A stretch of 62,463 nt of DNA, filler included, from Circinaria calcarea (GCA_051942165.1; 7 parts of 7 records of this genome joined end to end with filler, not necessarily neighbours in it); one strand, 5' to 3'; shown: positions 10,951 through 24,420, counted from the first letter of the whole stretch. Translations and numbers: made by a program. Notes: generated by a model not told the origin, from the letters alone.

Positions 10951-13900
10951 CGTTGGTTGAGACATGATGCAATCCAAAGGAAGAAAAGAAAGACGGAGAT
11001 GAAAGAGATTTACAGGTTGAAGATCTGGAGAGTGAACTTGCTTTATATAGAGACAGGACCTCCCTTGCTATAGAGTAGCCATGGTCCATGACTGGGTCCC
11101 GCTAGGGCTTAGGTATCATGACATGGTCGAGGTTTTGCTCTATTCTTTCCGAATAGGAACCGACCTTGGCAAACAGTGGTCACCTCGTGTATCCCGTATG
11201 TCTGTGTGCAATGGTCATGATTGCCAAGATGCCTCGTTCCTCCATATTGATTCTTGGATTCAATGTTCCTTTGCTTGTTGTTGCTGCGATGAAATTCCTC
11301 CTAGGCCAGCGTGATCGCTTAAACGTCTCCAAACGGGACAAGTGAGAATGACGGAAACTGTTGCCAAGAGAAGCGTGGCGTTTAATTTGAAGTCCAAACG
11401 TGCAAATTTACGCGAATACGGAGGGAAGTTTATTCGGGTGATACACTCCGTATACAATTGCAACCGCTGCTAGACATACGAGCGGGAGGTCGACTAGACG
11501 GCCGCCGTGGTCTCGACCTTGTGATGGTTACCAGTAGCTACAGTTAGCTAGCTCAGTTCTCCAAAAGCGGGCGGAGGCTCCAGGGACCAGGACAGAAGAA
11601 GGCCTAGCGAACAATGGCGAAGGACTGTCCAAGATCTAGACCCATCCCGAGTCTATCGTTTACTACTAAACGCCGTCGCGCTTGAGTCCTACTTCTATTC
11701 AGCCACCAGCCAAAGCGCCCAGAGTAGACGGCTCGTACGAGAGAATAACGTCATTCTGGACAATTGTCACGGAGCCACGGATTTAGTGGCCCCGTAATCA
11801 TGGCGGGATAGCAATGTTCTTACGGACAGCATGTCGAGGTAGTGACCGCGGAGCCGACACTGTCAATGGTGTTGGATTCTTCGGAGCTTCACATGAGGGT
11901 GATGCTCGTGGTTCCGTGTTGACAAGCGCCTCCTCGATCTCGTATCGGCTGCAGACTGATCGTAATTGCATCTCGGATAGTTGCCTCCTTGACGAGTCAC
12001 TAGCATTTAGTGTAGACTCCCATCCACTTCGTATCTGTTACATTCATCTAACGGATCCAGTCCCTGGCTGGGGAATAAATTACGGGCAGTATATCGATGG
12101 GAGCCGTAGTGCCATGGTACAACAACAAGAAGGGAGACATGCTCATCTCAATACGATTCGAGCAACATGCTGCGCAAATCGCTGCGCTACAGGCCCCCTT
12201 GCCACTGGCATATCGGACTTGAACTTCTTAAAGGCCCGTCCAAAGGCGAAGAAGTTAGTTATGATTTTACCCCCACCCCAGTTATGACGGTCAGGATTGC
12301 GAGAGGCAATAGATGAAATAGAGGTCCTTGTTGGGTGGTTGCCTTGTCCTAAATGGCCAAGAGGCTGTGTTGCAGACGCTATCATCGTCACGATCAGCTG
12401 ACGCTGACGGGAAAATGTAGTGATACAAGCCAGTTTAGGAGGTCGAGAGAGTAAGCAGCAAGGCAAAGGGGTTAGGGAGAGCCTACCTCGGAAACGAGCG
12501 GACCTTCCATACATTAAGCAATGATTTGCTAACCCCCAGAAGAGCCCGGGTATGATATGCCTACTCATGCTCGTTGCATTGTGTTCGAGAGTTAGACATG
12601 GCCTTAATATGGGGCACGAGATACCCTGCAAAGGGTGCTCTTACAATAAGGAGGCTCGCAGTACACGTAGTGTGAAAAGACTTTGAACTGACGTCAAGGA
12701 CCGATTCATACATCGAAAAGACACAAGATAATCGGAAAGGCGGATGGGCTCGCATTCGGCAGAAGCACCGCAGCACATGCCACCGTTTGGCAATAAAGAG
12801 TTAACCATGTCGACGAACTCATCATGGCCTATCCCGACCAGGCCTTTCTGACATGAGAGGGATGTGTCTTGGCCCACCAGACCGTGAAGCTGTGACGGCA
12901 TGCCCTAGAATGGTTCCTGCTGCGAAGTAGGTCTCCAGTAACGGACCCCCCACAGCTAGCTGGCTGGCGACTCGACACGCTTCATCCAACAAGTGCCAAT
13001 AACTTCAGTCGAGGCTTACTCTGTCGAATCTTTACCGCAAATCAAAATGTTCCTGGGTATTCGCAAATCCGTTATCAGGGTCCGTCGTGTCAGACGTCTA
13101 TGCGTAGGACGATTCGTTTGATAAGATTGGCGAACATTCAGTGGCTCAGGTTAAGGGGTATGTTCTGGGGTAGAGCTTGTTGAGTCGCCAGACAGTAAGC
13201 AGTTGAGGATTCATACAATGCAGACCACTTCGATGTTGCCCTTTCGACATGCATTCGTAAGATTGGAACAGGAACTGTTGGCAGAAGAATATTTCCACCA
13301 TTAACCGTGCTCCGTTAGGTTCATTCTCCATGTTGGGGCCGAGAAGGAGATCCTATACTGGGCTTTTAAGCTGTCATTAATCATGCGGGCTCGAGGCCTG
13401 CCGCTTTCTCATGTTCACGTGGCAAAATACCAGTAGCGAGATAGACCCTCTACCAATCAGGTGTAATCATGGTTGATACCATATGAATCTATGCTTTTTA
13501 CCTTCTGTATTGAACAGGCGGCGGCTTGCGGAGAGTTTGTGAGATCGTCATGAGACCAAAGCCTGCATGTATGTCCCAGCGGATGTGGCTGCCTATTATT
13601 AGCTGTAAGGGTTATGGTTGCCGATTTCAAGGAGGATCTTGAATGACTCCTCCAACCACCATCGAGACAGAAATCTCGGCTGTACAAATGGATATAATAA
13701 GTTCCCAGTCAATCCTATTTTCACCCACCCTTGTCAAGGTCCAGCAAGCAAGGATTCGACCTGCTACCTTTCCCTCAACCTCAATTGTCAAATGCAAAGC
13801 ACAGCCTCGGGGTTCTATCAATCTCAAGCGTATCGAAGCTGCAAGGCCGCGAGAGGATGTCTCGAGGAACTCGTCAGTGCGGTCAACAAGGACCAGGTTT

Positions 13901-15461
13901 CTAAGATTCGCCATCTGGAAGCTCCGCCTTCGGCCATGGGATCAACGGAATCTCCACGAAGAAGGTAGCCAAGAAGAAGCCTAATACAATCTTGGCCACT
14001 GGGGGAGGCTCGCATGGACACGGCATGGGAAAAGGGCGTCATCAGTGTACACTGCAAGAGATTCAAACGAGCCTATGCCCGCAGATCAAGCAAGGTCCAA
14101 TCGCCACGCGTGCAGAGAGTGTGGCGAATCAAAGTATCTGCAGCCGGTAGAATAGGGCTTCACCCAAACCTTCTTGGGCAAGAGTGAACAACCTCCGTAT
14201 GCCGGCAGCGAGAAAGGCAGCAGGATGGACAAGGGATCACCGTCTCTGAGGAGAAACCCCAATCCGTGACACACTCGGGCGCGTCATGGGATGGACGTGT
14301 AGATCTGTCGCGCTTCTTTAGAGACTGATTAGCCCAATGCAGCTACCTACCTGCCTTAGTACCGGCCGGCTATAACGGCACATGCATCACCGTTTCGATC
14401 GTCCATTGGTCGCCAAAACTTCGAGAGAATTCTTTCAGGTTGACTAGGGTACCTTATGGGGTATCGCTCCAAAGTCAGGCGTCCAGAACGGGTATGCGCT
14501 GCGCTCCCCGATTGGATCCTCCACTGTTTGCTTCTCCAAATGAGGGGTTCTGTTTCCCACTGCGACTGTTTGCATCCTCTGCACGACCAACGTAGTGGGT
14601 AGATCCAGCAGTTCGCTGCAATCTTGCTTCGCCCTTCGTATTCGACCAGTCATCTGAGACATGTGTGCACCGTCCTTCTGTTCGTTGGTACGTACTTCTG
14701 ACCACCAGTAGATGATGATCGATGGTTACGGAGTACACACTGAAGTTGGAGCTTGTGCGTACTCTGTACGCTAACCTTATTCCTAAATAATTGATTGTCA
14801 CGGAGCGCTGTCGATTTGCACTCTCGGCTTTGGCCAGAGACAAACCAAGACACAGTATTTACAGTCATGGTGGTGGTACTCTCCAAGTTTGGAACCGATT
14901 GAACCAATCAAACGACTGCATACAAGAGTGACTACCTTATAGGTATCTCGAATTTTGAAGGTGTGACAGCCGTGATTCCGTGACCGCGTCAATCCCAGCA
15001 TCGTTGTTTGAGAAGGGTGGTGGAATGTTGGCTCGTTCGGCATGCCGATGCAAAGGCAGTGGATCCCCTGCTTCAGCCCTGCGTGTGAAATGCAAGCGGG
15101 GATGTGTGGTTGTTGGGAGGCTGACAGAGGATTGGCCATCTACTGTATTGAAAAGGCAACCGAAACATCTTCATGACCATCCGGTAGAATCGCTATCCCC
15201 CACCCCGTCGTCGATCATGCGACCTTCGCGTCCTCGGAACCACTCCGACCGTTGAGACCGTTTGTTAGCCTTGGGAGCCATTTGCCGGTCAGCCCCAAGC
15301 TACAAAGGAGAGGGCGTGTCACCGAGTCCACAGCCGGGCCCCCCAAGTGGCGGTTTGTTCCGGGTATCATTGGTGATGTTGTACTAACGTGGAGAACTTG
15401 AAATCAATTAGCTCGAAAAGGTAAGGCAGAGCCACGACCGTCATGGCTGGAGTTCGACGCT

Positions 15462-15497
15462 ATCACCGCCATCACCGCCATCACCGCCATCACCGCC
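15462..15497. repeat. (ATCACCGCC)x4 perfect 9-bp tandem repeat in the veA upstream region
   Basis: Four exact copies. Confidence 0.95.
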
Positions 15498-16815
15498 GGT
15501 AGAGTTGTGGATTGGCGCGAATATGGAAAAAGCCCTGCTTAACCTTCGATTCTTGAATCTGGGACATTGTGAATCTTTACCACAGTACATGCTCAGCTTC
15601 TTGCAGGGACTCCCGGCGTACTGGTGGATTGGTAGCGACCGGGCGCTGTCGAGAAGGGATTGCATGCATCATCGTCTTCTCTGCATGTGTACCGACAACC
15701 TGAACTTGATTCCGTCCGTATTCCACCTATCACAGACGATTTCACTGCTGCACCGGAACGACACCCATGTTTCCCCCATCTGCTTCTGGATGCCGGCCTA
15801 CCTCTCAGGGCGTCTCGGCTACAGTAGTACTCTTACCCTCGTCGCCCCTTATTTAAACCACCCAATCACCGCACCACTTTCCAACCGTCGTAACGCTTGT
15901 TCCTTTTGGCTGAAATTGAGTTGCTGGAAAATTGCGACAAAGACCCATTCCCCGGGGTCAGGCGGCTGCGGGTCAGCTGTAGGGCCGAACGGACGGGGAG
16001 GAAAGAGGAGCGGTTGATTGGACGCCTCTCGGCGATCATCCCGTCCAAAAAGGTTGGACCTTTGGCTGGTCCCACACCCACTGGTGACTGATCCAGTAGC
16101 TTAGCATCGGCATGCCGAACTCCTGGACCAACAGCCTAAAGACCCGAGTTTGCGGCTGCATCAATCGGCATGGTCCCCTAGATCGTGGCCCGAAACTGTC
16201 ACATTTCGGATTTCACCCCCATCCTTGGCCCCCAATCCCTGGCCCACCAATCCGAAGATGGTGGGCGGGGGAAATCGAGGATTGGGTAAACGGCCGCCTG
16301 CTGCGATTCTGCCTGCCATCCTTCCCGTTCCTTCGGAGACTATTCTTCCTTGATGGAACTTGGGGATTAGTTGTCGTGGAATTTTCTTCAGCTGAGACCT
16401 TGCGTCAGCTCACCACACACACACACGCATCCACACTCTTGCTCGACCTTGAAGGATAAAGTAAACGCAAAGACCCGTAACCTTTTTCCCACGACAACCG
16501 CTCTTCGCGACAACAGACATGGCCCGTGTTCTTCGCGACCGAGAGACCGTTCCAAAGTCCAGTTAGCGTCCTTATCTTCCGAACCATTCCAAAAGCTACG
16601 CCGCTAGACCCGAGTCAGCCCATCGATTGAAAGCTAAAGCTTAGTCTGTGGCCGCCAAGGTACTGGCTATCTCGCTTGGGCCTGCGCAGCCGATCCAACT
16701 CGACCGAGCTTGGACTCCCACACTGACTCCGTCGGCCCAGTACCACCTGTACGCGCCCGACCAGACCCATGCCCGTAATCACTTGTACTCGCATCTCTCC
16801 TCCATTGCTCGACGT

Positions 16816-16841
16816 TTTCTCCTCTACCTACTACTCCTCCT

Positions 16842-16870
<29 letters not shown>
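16816..16870 (+). promoter_or_regulatory. Pyrimidine-rich (CTC)n tract, probable core-promoter/TSS region of veA
   Basis: CT-rich tract about 530 nt upstream of the veA ATG. Such tracts commonly flank fungal transcription starts; the role here is inferred. Confidence 0.45.
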
Positions 16871-16872
<2 letters not shown>

Positions 16873-17397
16873 GACCTCATCCATTCACAGTGACGCCGGT
16901 ATTGATTAGCAGAGTGTTAATTTGTTCATGTACGCGGTCGGAGGCTATCTGCTCTTGTGCTTTACCCAGGTCGTCTGAGCCGGCTTCCGTCGATTTAATT
17001 CGTCGCGATCGGTATGTGCTCCATTTTCTACCCAATTCCTGCGGGTTGCATTGCCAACGTCATATTCAACATCGCTGTGCCAAGTCCATGGTCCTGTTGT
17101 TACATGATCGCAATTGGAGCGAGAGGGCCTGACTTCATTGATAGATACTTGAACATATGCCACATTTTTTCCCGCACTTATTTCCATATATCCTCACGGG
17201 CCGTCGGAGTAAGCGCGCAGTAATCTAATTATTTTTGTACCTACATACAACGAAGCTCCTATTGTATCGAGTCCATCTGCCGAAACCATTGTCACTCCAA
17301 CCGAACCTTTTCGTTCCGATATCCACCAAATTTATCCTCCGAGTCTCGTATTACTTCGACTCCCCGCGAGTCTGTCGCGGCTCAGCGATATTCGGCA

Positions 17398-17822
17398 ATG
17401 GCGAACGTAATACCTGTCAGCAACGAGACGGAGAGCTTCATGACGCGCGTTACGAGAGATGGCAGGAAGTTGACATATGAGATGAAAGTACTCCAGCAGC
17501 CTCAACGGGCGAGAGCTTGCGGATCGGGTGCAAAATGTAGGGTCTCGGATACGCTGTCGTACTTGGTACGATGACGACTCTCAGCGCTGAACGTATTGTA
17601 GCTTCCGCAGATCGCCGACCAGTTGATCCACCACCCGTGGTCGAGCTCCGTATCCTTGAGGGAGATGCGAGGAACGACGTTACCTTCTCCCACAATGCCA
17701 ATTTCTTCCTCTACACAACATTGGAATCAGCGCGACCAATTGCCCAAGGCCGTGCCAATGCACTTCCTGCACCGTTCCCGGTTCTGACCGGCATGCCAGT
17801 AGCTGGTATGGCTTACCTTGAT
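17398..17822 (+). CDS. veA: Velvet complex regulator VeA (N-terminal part; truncated at contig end)
   Basis: [46 protein letters not shown], intron 17537-17601, then [18 protein letters not shown]...[11 protein letters not shown]...[15 protein letters not shown]. This is a diagnostic velvet-domain N-terminus. Confidence 0.96.
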
Positions 17823-17922
17823 NNNNNNNNNNNNNNNNNNNNNNNNNNNNNNNNNNNNNNNNNNNNTTAATTAATTAANNNNNNNNNNNNNNNNNNNNNN
17901 NNNNNNNNNNNNNNNNNNNNNN
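17823..17922. other. Artificial contig-joining spacer
   Basis: N44-TTAATTAATTAA-N44. Confidence 0.99.
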
Positions 17923-18120
17923 TTAAATATTATTCGAATTAAATAAAATAAATAATAATAATAAAATAATTAAAGCTAGGGATTTTATATAATAATACGC
18001 GGTAATAAAATTTATTTCCCGAACGAGTATTAACGAGAGAGGGAAACGTTTAATTAATAAAAAAAATATTAAAGTAATAATTGGGAGATATTAAAAATGT
18101 TTAAATAAACCTTTTCGATT
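17923..18120. repeat. Very AT-rich, TpA-rich segment, probable RIP-degraded repeat edge
   Basis: Abrupt AT-rich block at the contig start that switches to normal GC at the AKR gene. Confidence 0.55.
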
Positions 18121-18146
18121 TTGTTTCACTTCGTTTCAAAACAAAT

Positions 18147-19240
18147 ATGTGTACGCCCATACTTCTTTTCGGTGCTGGCGGCATTGGTACAACCGCCAAC
18201 TCGTTTACATTCACCTGGGACACGCCTGAGACGGTCGCCTCGCTACTCGATACACTTCAGAATCTAGATATTACTCAACTCGATTCGGCTGCCTCCTATC
18301 CGCCAGGGAACCCGTGGAACACAGAGACACTTCTTGGTCAGGCCAAAGCAGCAGAGAAGGGGTTCATTATCGACACCAAGGTTGCAGTTCATGACGGCAC
18401 TCTGTTAAACGAGCAGGGCATCTCCTCCAGTATCGACAAGAGCTTGGCCCTCCTCGGTGTGAGCAGCATTCATGGGCTTTACTCTCACCAGCCAGATTCG
18501 AAGACGCCCATCGAGGAAACGGCCGCGGCATACCACAAGCAGTACCTTGCCGGTAAATTCGAGAAGGTATGAGCTGTTCCGTCCTCGGGAACGGTATTAA
18601 TCAAGCCTCTTAGCTCGGGATCTGCAATTACTCAACCGCGCAAGTTGTCGAGTTTCTCCACGTTTGTGATGCCAAAGGTTACGTCAAGCCCTCCATCTAC
18701 CAGGGACATTACAATGCGCTCGTGCGTGGCCACGAGGAAACACTGATTCCCCTCCTCCGCAAACATGGCATAGCCTACTATGCCTTTAGGTAAGCTGCTG
18801 CTCCTTGGATTGAAACGAGTGTAAAGCTAAGACGGTTGCTCTTGCATAGCCCTTTGGGAGGTGGCTTTCTCACTGGTAAAGTGACCTTTGCCTCCTCCGG
18901 CAGTAGTACGCTTGCACGCACGCGGTGGGCTGGCGAAAGTGCCATGGCGTACTACCCGAATACCTTCGACAAGCCATCTATCCACGATGCGCTGCGTACG
19001 CTACACTCAATTTGCGTAGCGCACGGTCTGGAGTTGAGCGAGGTCAGCCTTAGGTGGATAATGCACCATTCGGCGCTGGGGCCGGGCGACGGAGTGGTTC
19101 TGGGAGCAAAGCGGGTCGACCAGTTGGAAGACAATGTGCGGCATTGTAGAAAAGAGCCGCTATCGAAGCAGTTGGTTGAGGCAGTCGAGACGATGTGGGA
19201 AAGGGTGAAGGGGGAGATGATGGAGAGCCAGCAGTTGTAG
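18147..19240 (+). CDS. Aldo-keto reductase, aflatoxin B1 aldehyde reductase (AKR7)-like
   Basis: Exons 18147-18566, 18614-18789 and 18850-19240. Motifs LDSAASY, IDTK, YSHQPD, LGICNY, KPSIYQGHYNAL, YAFSPLGGGFLTGK, LRWIMHHSAL and VVLGA. Confidence 0.92.
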
Positions 19241-20078
19241 GGATGTAAAGTACTTGCTGGGGACGTCACTCGACGCTATCAGAAAACGCGTCTACCAGGC
19301 TCCTTCGGCGACATCCTTGATGGTTCGAAAGATTAGAACGTATAACTGGACCTCCACCGGATGATTCTACTCTCGTGCCTGTTTCAGGTCAATCACTGGT
19401 GTGCGGCTCGAATTGCACCTCACTAGTCAGCCAAATTCAGCCGTCTCGTTAAGCTTCACATGCCGTGACCTGACTCGACAGGACAAAACCATATGTGGAA
19501 GTCGGTCAGATAATATCGGAGTGGCATTTGGTCAAATTGAAGCTTGCCATTGTAAGCTCGCCATTGAGTCTATCGTACGTTTGAGGCAAGCCTGGCATCG
19601 ATGTGCACATTTCGAGCCAGAACCCACATTACCTTTGCAAAAGCCCACCATCGACAGCCCGCTCGAATCGCTACAAATCACCCATTCTTGGGAAACCACC
19701 CATCAACGGAAGCACTCCGACGGCACTAAGGATCGCATAGGTCCTGGGTTACGCTATCGCCATTGGTATGATATCTTACATTCGGCAGCTTGAACTCGAT
19801 ATACCAATCGGTGACCGGCACTAGGTCGGCCACCGACAGCCTCAATAGCAATGGATTTTCAACCATTGCTCATAGTCATGACGACCCTTTCATTAGAAGT
19901 AGGGGAGTCCTAATACATTCTCGACGTTCAACCTTTCAAAGGAAAATGGCACCTCCCTTTGACTTTTCAACTTGGCCATCTCGCTACCACGCTCGCTAAG
20001 GTGCATTCACTGCCATTGCCGGCGTGTTCAAAAGTTCTACATCATAATAACCTTCTCGTCTTCAGAAAGCCCTCGACA

Positions 20079-20363
20079 ATGAAAGATCAAAACAAGTTTT
20101 ACTCCGTATCCCTTACCTCCAGCCTCTCTAGCTTATCGTCGTACGACGAGCCACTCATCAAGAAAGAGCTTCCACCACGCCCGCCTCCGTCAAGAGCGTC
20201 ACGGAAGTGGAGATCGTTCAAGAGGATAAAGTTCGTCATCTCTCGGAATGTACGAAACTTGGATGGAAGGTTCCGGGCGCCGGTGTGTCGGGCGGCAAGG
20301 GGAACGCTTCTCGCCTTGTCGTTTCTGTGTCCATCCGGGGAAGCGGCGGTACGGAGGGAGTAA
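20079..20363 (+). CDS. Hypothetical 94-aa basic protein
   Basis: ATG in good context (gacaATG) and a protein-like composition (SLSSYDEPLIKKELPPRPPP...). No recognisable domain. Confidence 0.3.
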   Translation: MKDQNKFYSVSLTSSLSSLSSYDEPLIKKELPPRPPPSRASRKWRSFKRIKFVISRNVRNLDGRFRAPVCRAARGTLLALSFLCPSGEAAVRRE

Positions 20364-21500
20364 GCTAGGGTGATGTGAGGAGGGTGTTGATGCCATCTCC
20401 TGTCCTGACCTGGCTCTGGAAGATTGTGTGGGAAGCCTCATCGACCTGTCGGGGATGGATGGAGCCGGTAATTCGCGAGAGTCGCAGACCTGGAACATGA
20501 GTTTTTGGCTTGTGAATTTGGGAGCGAGTTTGCTCGATTAATGTCATTGATTTTACGGTCACCTTCGATGGATACCGTGTCAGTTGGCGGGTTTAATGGT
20601 ATATGGACAGGCGGACCCAGGAAGTCGTTTTGAGCTCTGTAATTCAACCTGAGGTTGAATCGACGTCTCCGTGGCGCGAGGGAAAGGGTGACGAGAGACG
20701 AACGAATGTAATTAGGGTTGCGGGTACTTCAAAGGGGTTCTGGGGGTTTGGAGCTCCTAGCTTTCTCGCTGTACTATTATTGAGACGCAGTCCCCTAGCA
20801 ATTGAGCATCTCGCACCTTTCCAATTGACATTCCATTTGCACATCTGGTTATTGGGGTCCTCGGGGAAACAATCGCAGGTTGATAGCAGGGTCTATTACC
20901 AGCCTGTTGTTTATCGGCTTCGGTCATACCAGCCTGGGTTTGCATTGGGTTTTCTTTGCGGTATCCCGGGGTGTAGGCCCTCGCCTTCTCATTCCCCGAA
21001 GATGGTGAATATCGTCTCCGCTGGAAAGTACATCTTCCCTTCTACTAACGATTTCTTGGTATATAACCTCCATTTATTGGTACTCGTTTCCGACCTTAGT
21101 TTTGTGTACAATATGAATTCCCCGAGGAAGGCCGGGGGGTTTATAAGGCCTACTTCCTGAGGATCCAGTCGATAAAGGGAACCTCGGGAGTTGAGACGGT
21201 GATGCGGGTGGAAGGTGGGTGGCCGGGAAGTGGAAGCGGGGGAAGGTGACGACTACAAAATGGCTGCAGGATGCGCTAGGCAGTACTTGCTCTCGCTTCG
21301 AGCTGCCTTGTCTGAACAGCAGGCGGGTCGGAGATGGGATTCTCCGAGTAGCATCTAAACTGGCAATCCACTAGAGCTGACTGACATTTGTATAATTGAA
21401 AAGTCATCTCGATGCTGACCTTCATACGAGTAGGGAATGTCGCTCCTCTTCGGCCCACTTCAGTATGGTCTCCCTACCCCATTCTAATTACAAATTTCAA

Positions 21501-22553
21501 ATGGACCGCGCAAAGATAACAGCCTTGACTTATCGTCCCCAAGATGAGAACAGAGATCGAATGCTGTCCAGTCCGCTTCAGCGCGCCATGAAGGAATCGA
21601 AGAAAAGCAGCGCGTATCCGATACCAATCCGTTCTTCTCCTCAGGCGAGCGCTACTTGTCCGCTTTCCTGTCCACCTAATAGCCACCTCCTTGCCCTCCC
21701 TCTCGAACTCATCCACCAAATCTGCCGTCACCTTTCGCTCGAAACGCTCTCACATTTCCTCACTCTCTCCCGGCGCACTTCCTTGGCTGTAACCACCCAT
21801 GGGGCCTACTCCACCATCCAGACCCACCTTCGACCCCTCATATCTGTCCTCCGCTTGACTCATTTGCTGTCGTTCTTTAGCTTCTCCCATCTTCTCTCCG
21901 CCCTCTACACTTCGGAATGCGTCCATTGCGGCCATGCCACTGAGTCCCTCTTTCTCCCATCTCTTAAGCGCAGCTGCTACGCATGCATTGCAGGTGCTAT
22001 ACGTCTTATGCCGATGAAGCCCGCCGGAGTAAAGAAGTGGTATGGGTTACGGCGGAAAGATCTAATTGGAGTTCCCCAGATGCGAACCCTTGTAGGAACG
22101 TACCACTGGGATCATAATGGATTGGACGAATGGGTGTTTAATAGGGCGATTCTCATGGATCAAGACCTAGTACACCGAAGAGCTCTAGAGCTAGGTAAGT
22201 TCAGAGATGTGTCCTCGGTAAGCACGCTACCCTACACTTGTTCACCAAGACGTTCATTGTCCTCGATGCTCTTTCCCAGCGTGGACCAGCAGACGGGAGA
22301 GGAGAACATCTGTGTTCGGTGTGCCGGATGTCGGGAAGTGCAGAAAGAGGCTGTGGATGACATGCTCGACCGAGGGGTCGAGTCTGGCTATCTAAACTTC
22401 CGAGGGGAAGCCGAGGACGATATATGGGCACTATACGTACCACTATCGTGGTACTATACGGAAAAAGGTTGGCTCGCTCATTTCGAGGAGTGTAAGAAGT
22501 CTCAGGAGATGTGGGGGAAGATCAATGAGTCAGGGGTAAGCTGTAAAGCCTGA
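21501..22553 (+). CDS. F-box domain protein with Cys-rich (CxxC) C-terminal region
   Basis: F-box LLALPLELIHQICRHLSLETL, then CVHCG...LFLPSLKRSCYAC, VRCAGC and GWLAHFEEC. Intronless ORF; exact start ATG uncertain (21465/21501/21561). Confidence 0.8.
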   Translation: MDRAKITALTYRPQDENRDRMLSSPLQRAMKESKKSSAYPIPIRSSPQASATCPLSCPPNSHLLALPLELIHQICRHLSLETLSHFLTLSRRTSLAVTTHGAYSTIQTHLRPLISVLRLTHLLSFFSFSHLLSALYTSECVHCGHATESLFLPSLKRSCYACIAGAIRLMPMKPAGVKKWYGLRRKDLIGVPQMRTLVGTYHWDHNGLDEWVFNRAILMDQDLVHRRALELGKFRDVSSVSTLPYTCSPRRSLSSMLFPSVDQQTGEENICVRCAGCREVQKEAVDDMLDRGVESGYLNFRGEAEDDIWALYVPLSWYYTEKGWLAHFEECKKSQEMWGKINESGVSCKA

Positions 22554-22928
22554 TTAAAGTACTCATGCCGACTTTGAGAAGAGTTCTTCGTACATTCCAA
22601 CGTATCCAGATATCTTATACGAGGCTTAGAGACTTGTCAGCAAATGTGCTACCAGTGGAGTTACTTCATATTCTCTCCTTTCTATTTTAAATATTTCTTT
22701 CGAGTTCAGCCGCTCTTCCATAGAGCTCTTGTAAAGTCCCATCCGCTGCCTTCGAAGATTACGGCGGGTCGCGACAGAAAAGGGCAGTCTCGCCTTTCCT
22801 CCAACATACCTGCATTATAGGTCTGAACTTGCATAGGTTATCCACTATAGAACGCTATGAAGGAAGCGATGATGCAGTCGCAAGCTTCTACGGCATGGCT
22901 AAGAATGCTCTTTCATTTACTATAGCGC

Positions 22929-23580
22929 TCAGGTACCCCTTGTCAAAATATATAATTCGGCAAAAGGACCCACCTTCCTGTCCACATGGTGCTCATATTC
23001 CATCCCATTCCTAATATCGGTCGCCATACTGTTTCTGTACACAGACTCAATCAACTCCACTATCACGTCTATCCATGTGCTGAACCCACTCGAGGTCCAG
23101 ATACTCCCATCTCTCACCCATCGGGCACGGGCGATCCACTCTACCTTCGGCCCTAGTACCGTTGTTCGCGCCCACGCTTTCTCGTTCGAAGTTGCATGTC
23201 GACCGTCCACGATTATCTGTTCGGGCAAAAATCCCTACACCCGTGCGTACACTAATGAGGGGTTTGGCGTCGGACTCCTCTTGGTAATTAAGGAGTATGT
23301 CACTTGATATCAAGGGCTCGTGTTCCCAGGCTCCGGGAGCAAGTATTATATCCGGTCGACCTGTTGTCTCGAAGGAATGTGTGCGAAGGATACTCTCCAA
23401 ACGACGAGTTGAGTAAACATTTATGGCTGCTGAATGTAGTTTGGAGGATACGGGATTCAAGGTGGCCGCGATGAAAAAAAGACCCATTATGTGGGTGACT
23501 GAGAGAAGGCTCAGAGATCTGAGGGCCCGAAACCGCCGAAAGCGTCAAGACAAGGATAGAGGACCATTCCGAAGGTTCCT
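22929..23580 (-). pseudogene. DJ-1/PfpI (ThiJ) family pseudogene
   Basis: Three reading frames piece together FGMVLYP..FGP / LSLLS..IAATLNPVSSK..ESILRTHSF..DIILAPG..LISVRTG / DGRHATSNEKAW..VEWIARARWVRDGSIWTSSG..IDV..GMEY. Frameshifts near 23520 and 23220. The nucleophile-elbow SVCTG reads SVRTG. Confidence 0.8.
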
Positions 23581-24420
23581 GGCACTGGATAGGAAAGAAT
23601 GCTGTTAGGGTGAACGACTAAACAAGGTTTGGGATGAGGAGTACGAGAGCCAATCTCAACAGGGATTAAAATGACGCCTGGTAGAAGAGAAGAATGCTAG
23701 AACTGGTGGGATTCACATGGTCCATAGAAGGTTATGGCAGTCAATTTTGCTAATCAAATACGGGAAACGAATCGAACCGATGATGTATATATACCTGGAT
23801 AATGGCAAACTAGATCGGACGACTTTGACTCCACGCTTCTTGCTAAGGGGCTTCACGGCACGCAAGTAATACTCACACCTGGTACACGGGTACTGATCTG
23901 GGTTCCGAGATCCTTCAATGGCGCCTGTCTCCGCTTGGAAGTGAAACTGCCGCATTTGCTCAATCAACTGCCATACACTACCATTGTGCTGGAGGAGACG
24001 GAAATTTGTTACTAGGGGTGTCTGCTATCCGTGGAGGAGCCTTGGTCGCCCATCTTTTTGACGAGCTGCGAGCAAGACAATCAATACCCTACCAAAGGCA
24101 GCAATATCTAGATTTTGCATCAGGCTTTATCAACTAACAACCGTAGCAACAGACAAAGTCTCATTCGCTATGATTCAAACAATAACTTATACTCGTCTTG
24201 TGAGCAGAGACAAATGGACATTGAACTCTGGCTCGCATATACAGTTACAACAGGGCTGAAACTAATCTCGTTACACGCATATAGTGTTTCATTGCTTTAG
24301 CCGTCGTCTCTACTAGCCCAGAATGCCCGAGTACCCATTGCTTAGCTACAAAGACAGCTACATGGTGCTTGAAAAGATGTTGGTTTCTCCTCTTCATTAG
24401 TTCTTTACTAGTATAGAAAA

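Noticed and set aside
11081..17223. Numerous 60-170-aa ORFs upstream of veA
   Set aside because: Overlapping, mostly non-ATG starts, no motifs; consistent with chance ORFs in non-coding DNA.
20700..21270. Minus-strand protein-like remnant and the 185-aa plus-strand ORF 20603-21160
   Set aside because: Interrupted by stops or lacking any recognisable motif; cannot assign.
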